In this document: positions 55,060 through 64,000 of the stretch, one piece after another
Layout: each line of letters opens with the position of its first letter
Position numbering within the stretch: position 1 is the first letter of the stretch
Assembly: GCA_051294375.1 (NCBI GenBank)
Contig: CM119268.1
Coordinates: forward strand, 12,275,524-12,339,523
Direction: 5' to 3'
DNA from: Paraspadella gotoi
Taxonomy: Eukaryota > Animalia > Chaetognatha
DNA length: 64,000 nt
The notes under the pieces: generated by a model
The model's input: only the letters and a program-made list of their open reading frames with translations
What the model was told of the DNA's origin: nothing
The model's database searches: none
Program-made: the position numbers and the translations under genes

Positions 55060-55420
55060 CGCCGAGGACGAAGACAACAATGATGACAATGAAAACAAAG
55101 ATTACACTTGTAAAATTATTACAAAACAAATAAAGATGTCGAGGACAAAGAATCCAACTGTGAAGATGATGATCAAAAAGAGAAGATTGAGGACAAAGGC
55201 GACAATGAAAATAAAGATTAGACTTGTAAAATAATTATAAAACAAATAAAGACGTAAAGGACAAAGAATCCCACTGTGAAGATGACGATCAAAAAGACAA
55301 AGTAGATGCAGAGGACGAAGACAACAATGATGACAATGAAGGAAAAAATTAGACTTGTAATATAATTACGGAACAAATAATACAAATAATAAAGACGTCG
55401 AGGACTAAGAATTCGACCAA
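55060..55420 (+). repeat. ~115-130-bp tandem repeat, 3 units
   Basis: ATTA(C/G)ACTTGTAA...ACAAATAA...GAGGAC(A/T)AAGAAT recurs at ~55100, 55216 and 55348, embedded in (GAC)-rich sequence. Confidence 0.85.
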
Positions 55421-57292
55421 GAAGACGACGACAAAAAGACAACGAAGAAACCGAATACGATGACAGCGACGATGAAGACAATGACGACGACGAAGATGAA
55501 AACTACAAATACGACGACGAAGACGACGAATAAAAAATAAGCTCCTTGAAAAAAAGAGGAACGGAGATAATAGGTTTCCCGAGAAAGAAAAGAGGTAAAC
55601 TAAAAGGGACAATAAAAAAGCATAAAACTCGCGAGAGCGGAAAAAAAAACCGCGATATAACGAGCGAGAGAGAATCCGATGCGATCGTTCGCGCCACGGG
55701 AAACGACAAATATCAAAAACCTATAAAAGTGATTTTTTTTTATTAATGAGTTTTGTTCTGTATCTCACGGCTTTTTCTTTCTAATCCCTTTTTTTACTTC
55801 TTTCATTTGCCTCCTATTTTTTTCTCATTTAATTTCGTTTTTTTTATAATTTTTTCTTTTTGTCTCACCTCTTCTTCCTTTTAGACTGAGTTTCATAGTT
55901 GGTTCCCTACTACCATTTTCCTATCTTCTTCTCTAGTACATCCTACTACCCTACTACCTTACTACCCTACTACCCTTTTCCTTACTCCCTTCCTTCTATT
56001 TTCCTTTCCGTTCCTCCTTTTTTTCCCTCTTCCCACATTCCTTGTTTCACTCATTTCTCCGCTTCCTTCCCACTTCTTTCGCTTCTCATTTAATCCATCT
56101 GCGGCTAAACATATGATTTGGATTTGTTTTCCTTAATCTCTCACTCCTTAGCCTGTCGACTGTGGCGTCGTCGTCGTTGTCGTCGTCTTCACGGTCGTCG
56201 TTGTCGTTTTTGTCGTCGTCAGTAAAAACCCTCGTNNNNNNNNNNTCGTCTGCAATGTCATGTTACTTTGATCATGTCATGTTACTTTGATCCCAAGTAT
56301 CATGTCGGTCGCTGAACTTGGAAATCGTCAGTGTTGGCTTTCGCTTCATTTGTTTCGATTTCACTATCTGTTTTTCAACAGATATTTTTTTTTTGGTCAT
56401 TGTTGTTTAATTTTATTTTTATTTTTATTTCCTTTTTTTTTTTGTTGTTGAAAATTCGATACTACTAAATAGAGTCGCGATCAAAAAGTCTTTTGTCGAA
56501 AAATTCAACTTTGCGAAATTTTTGGGGCTAAAATTATGGATTATTAAGTGGAATTAGTTTCGGCGCCGAGAGAATAATTTTTTCTCAAAATATGAAAAGT
56601 TGGCGAAAAAAANNNNNNNNNNNNNNNNNNNNNNNNNTCTTTCTGGTTTCATTCTCTTCTTCTCTCTCTCCGTCTACGACACAAATGAGTAAAATAACGT
56701 GGCGTTACTGTCCTCGTGCTGAATTGTTGGTCCCTTTAAAATTGTTTCTTCTGAAGCCAATTAATTGAATTAATATTTTTGGTAATATGTGCGTATACAC
56801 TACTGGAAACTACTGTGTCTGACCATAACCCTTGACCATCAACAAAAAAGCTAACTAAGATCAAAAATAGTTAAAAAAGAGATGAAGGCAATATAGCTGT
56901 GGACGAAACGCTTAACAAAATTTTAACCATTTGCTTTTATAGATGCAAAAAAATATTAATAATTATTTAAAACCAAAACTTTATACAATAAACTTAATAC
57001 GTTGAACGCGAGACCCAAGATGAATATTTTTTTACCGGCATCATTCCTTCATTTATATGAATCATAATATGTTTTGTTAATTAATCAATTAATTCTAAAT
57101 AAACATTATGATCAAAGTTCCATTTTCAATTTTTTTTTTATGAATGGGAAGTTTTCTCTGCTTACTCCCCTTGTGTCGATTATTTCTAATATTTTTAGAG
57201 GTATTTCCAAAAACGCTTATATAATTCTATATTTTTACGACTTTTTTTTCAAATTCTTTCAAACAAAAACAACATTGTAAAAACATTTAAAA

Positions 57293-57555
57293 TTAATTAA
57301 AAAAAAAATTGATTGAACTGATTTTGGAAAAAAATATTTCGAATTGAGAATAATGGATTTTCGAGTTAGGAAAAAAATTTTGCAATTTCTAAAAAAAATC
57401 CAGCCTTCTAGCCTTTTCCAATTTTTCTAGAGGCTGATTTTTTTATTTTTTTTGATATTTTTGATTTTCTATGCAAAACCATTATTCTCAATGAGCATAG
57501 GTCGAGGGAAATTTTTTCCCAACAATTTGAAAAAATTTCCAACCTTTTTTAATTA
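57293..57555. mobile_element. Second palindromic (foldback/MITE-like) element
   Basis: Perfect 14-bp inverted repeat ATTGAGAATAATGG (57343) / CCATTATTCTCAAT (57479). Inner AAAAAAATCCAGCCTTCTAG pairs with CTAGAGGCTGATTTTTTT, with a centre near 57418. Weaker pairing extends outward. Confidence 0.6.
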
Positions 57556-59140
57556 GGCTGTTTTTTTGTGGAAATACATAAATCAATTATTATGCGATGG
57601 TAACACCTGAAAGTGATGATGTTTTCTAAATGACAAACAATTTTCCTTCAAGTTTTTATTTTTAAAATTTAAGTATTGTAATCAATAGAAATAAGTGAGA
57701 TACTCGCTTTGCAAAAAAATTTTTATTACAAAGAATTTGTAACATGCGTAATTTGAAAAAAGTTTTTTTTAAAATTACTTTTGAAAAAAAGATCCTAGCA
57801 AGATGGGTGTGGGTATCAATGTAAAAGCCTAATCAATGGACAACCTTTCTAAAAAAGTTTTATTAAATTAAATCCATAAATCTTTAACAACAGCTTTTGT
57901 TTAAATCAGAGTTAAAAAGTATAACAGTATTTGCCTTTAAAAAATTTCAGATTGAAGTGCATATGAATTTTTTTATTTTTCTTTTTGTAATTTGAAAAAG
58001 GAAAGACTGAATTACATTTGAATTATTATTAATTTTCTTTAATTCCAATAAAACTGCTTAATAATTTTTAAGTTAAGTAAAAAACAAGCAATGTATGTTT
58101 TAGCTTGAATAAATTGTTTTTTAAATATCAAAATGATAAATACAAAATGTTTTCAGGCTTGATTAAACAGTCCTGGACATCTACTCTTCTTGTCTGTGAA
58201 AAAATATGGAATTTTCATTAATTTAACTGGCAAACTAAAAGCTTGCACCTGCTTGTTTATCATAATAAAGTTTTTAAAAAAATTTATATAACTGGCAATA
58301 TATATTTGACAATCACGCAGACATTGTGTTGATAATTTTTCTTTTAAATATAGCAAGGAATTTAAATTCTAATTTATTATTATCCATTTTTAATTAAGAA
58401 AAAATATTTATCATAATAAGCCCATTTAGAAAGGGTTCATTGACTGACTAATGAATTAGAAATTGTTAGATATCTTTACTGCCGCCGCATTTCACAAGAT
58501 ATAAATAGGTCATGGTTAATCATGTCAGTAAGTCAGATTATCTGTACCCCTTTATGCAACCTGCAAATTCTGAATTTTCTTTTTTTCCCTTTCAAATGTA
58601 TTAATATAAATAAAAAATTATTTTGAGAGAAACAATGGCGTGAGGATGCCATTGGTAAGCTTAGTTCCCGTCCACTTGTCCGCCGATCCGAATTTTTAAT
58701 GAGGTTTTTTTTTTCCATCTATTTTGAGACATAACACTGAACTTAGTTGGTTTACTATTATTTTTTTTTTTTTATTTTTTTTTTCTCTATTACAGAATTT
58801 CTAGGAATAATATGAATAGGCTGAGTAACTTTTTTTAAAAAAAATTTATCATCTTTCACTTCAATTCACTCTATATTCGGATATCATATCTAAAGAAACC
58901 AAAAAGATTTGGTTTGGCATTGTGATCGATTTGGATAAGTCGAATATGAAACCTATAAACGGTTTCAATACAAAAAATAAGAAAGAAATAATTAAATACA
59001 TCCCTTCAACGTTGCCCATTTTTTCTTGGAGTCAGACCCAGAGCCACTTCATCTTCCGGGCAACAAGGCCCCGATCCCCGTTTGTGGAACAGAGAGAGAG
59101 AGAGAGAGAGAGAGANNNNNNNNNNNNNNNNNNNNNNNNN

Positions 59141-59720
59141 CGAGACGAGAGAGCAGACGAGAGACGAGAGACGAGAGAGCAGAGAGACGCTGAAGAAAAC
59201 ATGAGTGATCAATTCAAGACAAATTACCTTCTCATCGCCTTCTTTCCCCTTTCCATTTTTTACGCGCCATCCCTTCACCCCTCGGCGCGCCGTCATTACC
59301 GCGGGGAGACCGTCGGGGGGGAATGTTGGAAGGGGGGATGGGAGATGCGGGCCGAAGAGCGGAAGGAAGAGGAAAGGGGCAGGAAGAGGAACTGATGGAG
59401 CGCGAAAAAGGAGGAAAGAAAAGCACGGATTTAAAGCGGAGGAGAAAGGTGGAGGAGGAGGAAAAGGGGAAGGGATGAGAGAAGTGGAGGAAAGGAAAGG
59501 AGATGGGAGAGAAACGGAGAAGGAGAAAAGGAAGAGGGAAGAAAAGGGTAAAGAAATATTGGGGGGATGTGGAATGAGGAGAAAAATAGAGAAGAAGGGA
59601 AGATAAGTAAGGCTGAAAGAGAAAAAAGAGTGGAGAGAGATGAAAGAAAGAAACAGGGACGGAGGAGAGAGGAAAAGGGAAAAAAAAACAGCGGAGAAAA
59701 GAGAGAGAAAAGGAAAAGGA
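59141..59720 (+). repeat. Inverted duplication block D, left arm (partner ~63330-63900)
   Basis: AAAAGCACGGATTTAAAG pairs with CTTTAAATCCGTGCTTTT, and CCATCCCTTCACCCCTC with GAGGGGTGAAGGGATGG. The arm starts right after a 25-N gap and the match is noisy. Confidence 0.9.
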
Positions 59721-59986
59721 ACTTGATCGATCCGCTCGGAGGCAGAGAGAAGAGCTCGGCTGTGACGAGGGTAAGAGAGAGAGAAAAGAGTAAGTCAGTC
59801 GCTGCGGCTCGACCGGATCGACTCTGCCGCGCGGATCCGGAGATAGGGAGAAGGAAGAGGAAAGAGGAGTAAGATGAGCCGAGCAAAGTAAGTCGAAGGC
59901 AGGAGAAGCCGATGCGGCCGCCGCGCGACTGCTCCCGACGCTGCGCTGATCGAGTATATCCATGGATTGTCGACATGCTCTTTTCT

Positions 59987-60062
<76 letters not shown>

Positions 60063-61089
60063 TTTTTTTCTCTATCGACATCTCTCTGGTCGTCATTCTG
60101 TCATCGCCTTTTTGTTTTCGGAATTGATCTCCCTGTGCTGTCTGTTCTGACTGTATAAATGTTTTTAGTTTTTCACATTTTTCTGTTTTCATTCTTCACC
60201 TCCGTCTCTACTTATCCTCTCTCTTTCTCTTTATACATATCTGCTTCTCTCTCTCTTGACTCTTTCCGCCCCTTTCTTTTTTTTTTCTGCACTGATCGAC
60301 TTTGTCTCTCTGTCTCTCGCTTCTCGCCTCTCGCTTTCGGTCAACTCACCTCGCGGACGGGAAATTGTCCTTCTCATGTCAAGCCTGGGGAGAGGCAGGT
60401 TATACGTCTCTCTCCTCTCTCACTCTTATTCCTCTCTCTCCTTTTCTCTCTCTATCTCTCTCTCTCTCCCCTCTCTCTCTCTCTCTCTCTTCTTATTTTT
60501 TTCTCTAATTTTCTATCTCACTCTTTCTCTTATGCTGCGACGATGAGAATCTCCATGTTTTTGTTAGATAAAATTATGTTAAGTTTAATCTTACGATTAG
60601 CTCTAGCAAATAAATTTAAACCTAAGATATTCTATTGTATGTATTAAACAAGAGGACAGAAGAGTGACAAAAGCTTTTTATCCCCCCCCTTGGTCACTTG
60701 GTCCCCTTAACCAATTTCCACCTCTAAATTCCAGTGTTTTTGAGTGATTCACAGATTTGTGGAGCTGGGTTTAGCCGTTTTTCGTCCACTTAGTCTGCTA
60801 ATGTGGTCGTCGTCGTTGGTCGTCGTCCTCCTCTCGTAGTCCATGCGTCATCGTCGTGCGTCGTCGTCGTCGTTCGTCGAACTTCCTCCTCCTAATTCGA
60901 CTTTTACTTCGACGGGAGCGACACCTCTGTTTTCTTTCGTCTCAGACTCATTCAATTTGAGATATTAAGAAGTGTAATAAAGTTGAAAGTCGCAGGAAAA
61001 AAGTAACATTTAATAGTAAGAGGAAACTAAAAATAAAAGAAAAGAAAAAAGAGAAAAGAGAGAAAGAAGAGAGTGAAAGACAACAGAAA

Positions 61090-61262
61090 GGAAAGAAAGA
61101 AGAAAGAAGAAAGAAGAAAAAAGAAAGAAAAGAAAGAAAGAAAAGAGAAAGAAAGAAAGAAAAAAAAAGAAAGAAAGAAAGAAAGAAAGTAAAGAAAGAA
61201 CAAAGAAAGAAAGAAAGGAAAGAAAGAAAGAAAGAAAGAAAAGAAAGAAAGAAAGAAAGGAA
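61090..61262 (+). repeat. Degenerate (AAAG)n repeat
   Basis: Directly visible. Confidence 0.92.
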
Positions 61263-61513
61263 AAGAAGACGAGAGAGACTGGAACAGACTGGAACTAAAG
61301 AGTCAAAGAGTTTCTGTGTTTTCTGATTTTTCAATTAACGTCGCCAGTCTTAAACTAGATGGTCACCATTAGGCGTTTCCATAGAATTAAAGGAGTAAGA
61401 GCCTGTTTTTTGCATGGTGATAAAAACCGAGGGAAGAAGAGCCGAAGAGAAAGTGGAACGAGGAAGAAAGAAAGAAAAAGGAGCGAGAGAGAAAGAGAGA
61501 GAGAGAGAGAGAG

Positions 61514-61545
<32 letters not shown>

Positions 61546-61763
61546 CAGAGAGAGAGACAATAGACAATTTATTACTCTAAGCTTTAATTTAGTTACTCGT
61601 ACTGTGCTTTAGGGTACTTATTTCTCCTAGAATATTTACAAATTGTAATTGACCTTTTGAAACAAAAGTGCATCGCACTTCTAACTACAAGTCGCGTTGA
61701 ACAAACTTCATGAAACCTCTCCAATTTGAACAGTGAACACAGATTCGCTCCTTTCCTCAGTAG

Positions 61764-61822
<59 letters not shown>

Positions 61823-62559
61823 AGAGAGAGAGAGAGAGACGCCGATGTGATAAATTTCTCGCGCCATCAAAGTTTGCCAAAGAAAGGAAGGTGAGGAATG
61901 GAAGGTGAAAACCCATTGAAGCATTTCAGTTTCAAGTGCTCATGTCGGAACTTGTCGTGCTACTGAAGGGAGACACCGATACGGAGAGTGAGTGAAGAGG
62001 GGGGATCGCCATTTCGCGCTGTCATAGTGTAAAAAGGCCAGCGATTACATTGCAGTGATTCTCTATTTTTTTTCAAGGAATAAAAACCGATCACTCTGAA
62101 ATCCTTCAAAGGGAGCACGCGACCTCATTATCATCGCATTGATTGCTTAGAATGGAAAAACAGAAAGAAACCCGATAAAATGCATAAGAAAAAGAAATTA
62201 AAATAAACGAATTAAGCCTGAACGATTGATAGACCAGAAAAAAAAAGAAAGTCGAGAAAAGAAATCAAGGGAAAAAGAAAGAAAGAGACAGAGAGGGATG
62301 ATTGAAAAAAAAAAAGGGAAAAGAAAGAGAGGAACAGAGACATAGAGGGACGAGGGGAGAGAGCCATTGAAGATCCTTGTTGATGCTGTTTTGATTTTTC
62401 ACTTGCAGTATTCGTCCCCGCAAAACCAGCGACAGAAGGAAAAAGAAAGACTTGTATGGATCTTGGAAACGACATTTTGACAAATTAACCGCACCGAAAG
62501 CCTCTCGCACTTCTCTACCCATTGTTTTTCTATTTTTCATTTTCCTTTTCTTTTTCCTT

Positions 62560-63310
62560 TCCTATATATTCCTTTTCTTTTTTACCTTTTCCTTTTCTCT
62601 CTCTTCTTCCGCGCTGTTTTTTCTTACCCTTCTCCTGTATTCCCCTTTTCTCCTCGTTCTCTACCGCGTGTTTTTTTGTCCATTTTCCTTTTCCTTATTT
62701 CATCCTCTGTCTATCTCTCGCCGCTGTTTGAATTAATTTCACTTTTTTCCTGATATTCCTTTTCCTTTTATCATTCTCCTCATTCTACTATGACTGCGCT
62801 GCTTTCGTTTTCATTTTATCCTTTTCCTTTTTCTCTCTCCTTCTCTCAGCTGTTTCTATGTTTTCTTTTCTATTTTTCCTTTCTTTCTCTCTCTCTCTCT
62901 CCGCTGTTTTTTGTTTCTTTTTCTTTGTCCTTTTCTTCTCTCTTCTCTCTGCTGTTTTTTTTTACACACTTATTCCCTTTTCTCTCTCTACTCTCCGCTG
63001 TTTTTTTCTTTTCCCTTTTTTCTTTTCTCTCTATTCTCCTCAGCCCTGTTTTTTTTCCTTCTTCCTTTTCCTTTTTCTCTCTTTCTCTCAGCGTTTTTTT
63101 TTTTCCTTTTTCCCTTTTCCTTTTTCATCTCTCTTCTCATCACGAGCTGTTTTTTTTTTCTCCTTTTTTTTTCCGTTTTCCTTTTCCTCGTCTTCTCGGC
63201 TTTCTCCGCTGTGTGTTTTTTCTTTTCCTTTTTCTTTTTCCTTTTCTCTCTACTTCTCTTCCTGCTGTGTTCTTGTTCGGTTCTTTTTTTCCTTTTCCTT
63301 TCTCTTTCAG
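62560..63310 (+). repeat. Degenerate ~45-55-bp pyrimidine minisatellite with core CTCCGCTGTTTTT
   Basis: Repeated (C)CGCTGTTTTT...TTCCTTTT units. One inverted unit is at ~59670-59720. Confidence 0.7.
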
Positions 63311-63329
63311 TTTCATTCCGTATGTTTTT

Positions 63330-63900
63330 AATTATTTTCGCTTTTCGCTACCTCTCCTACGTAACGCCTGATGTTCTTTCTATCATCTCTCTCCACATCT
63401 TTTTTTCTCTTTCAGCCTGTACGTTTATCTTGACCCTTCTCTTGCTCTATTTTTTACCTCTCATTCCACATCCCGGAGCCACATATTTCTTGAACCCTAT
63501 CTCGTTTCCCTCTCTTCCGATTTGTGCTCCTTCTAGACTCGGTGATTCTCTCCAGCATCTACCTTTCCTGTTCTCCACGTTCTCTCACTTCCCTTTTCCC
63601 CTCCTCTCCACCTTTCTTCCTCTTTAAATCCGTGCTTTTCTTCTCCTTTTTCCCCCATCATTCCTCTTCCTGCGCCTTTCCTCTTCCTTCCGCTTTCCCG
63701 ATCTCCATCCCCGGCCTTCCAGACATTACCCCCACGAGTCTCCCGCGGTAATTGCACGGCGCGGAGGGGTGAAGGGATGGCCGCGTAAAAAAATGGGAAA
63801 GGGGAAGAAGGCGAGAAGAAGGAATTTGTACTTGATTGATCGATCATGTTTACTGTCAGCGTCTCTTCTGCTCTTCTCTCTCCGTCTCTCGTCTCTCTCC
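63330..63900 (-). repeat. Inverted duplication block D, right arm
   Basis: Reverse complement of ~59141-59720 with many small indels and substitutions. Confidence 0.9.
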
Positions 63901-63951
63901 TTTCCCTCTCCTCTCTTTTCTCCTCTCTCGCTCTTTCTCTCTCATTCGCTT

Positions 63952-64000
<49 letters not shown>

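Noticed and set aside
55060-55420. Regularly spaced repeats as a possible CRISPR-like array (also 13725-13985, 38495-38712)
   Set aside because: Whole units are repeated with no unique spacers, there are no cas genes, and the context is eukaryotic.
62790-63627. Long Phe/Leu/Ser-rich ORFs resembling membrane proteins (also ~12088, 13689, 22632, 31305, 59232)
   Set aside because: Pyrimidine tracts lack stop codons, so overlapping ORFs appear in several frames; a compositional artefact.

Overview
Eukaryotic (probably invertebrate animal) draft-assembly DNA. It is rich in (GA)n/(CT)n and (GAC)n/(GTC)n repeats, shows no evident CpG depletion and has 18 N-gaps. I recognise no intact protein-coding gene; most long ORFs in the track are translations of microsatellites or homopolymers. 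The only recognisable coding relic is a decayed non-LTR retrotransposon (LINE) reverse transcriptase fragment (28884-29298, minus), frameshifted by a 7-bp tandem duplication. About a third of the window lies in large duplications: a ~7-kb direct repeat (11581-18673 / 20721-27535) and three inverted repeats (9731-11587 / 18801-20683; 47595-49063 / 49145-50510; 59141-59720 / 63330-63900). Each abuts a gap of exactly 25 N and the copies differ mostly by 1-bp indels, so they are most likely gap-filling or haplotype artefacts. The most interesting biological signal is a ~570-bp AT-rich foldback (palindromic) element inserted, in opposite orientation, into another member of its own family, both apparently flanked by 10-bp target-site duplications (25210-26369; noisier copy 16302-17468). 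Other features are a second palindromic element, dispersed repeats, a tRNA-SINE-like relic, several minisatellites and a few weak micro-exon candidates. All alignments were done by eye, so boundaries are approximate.
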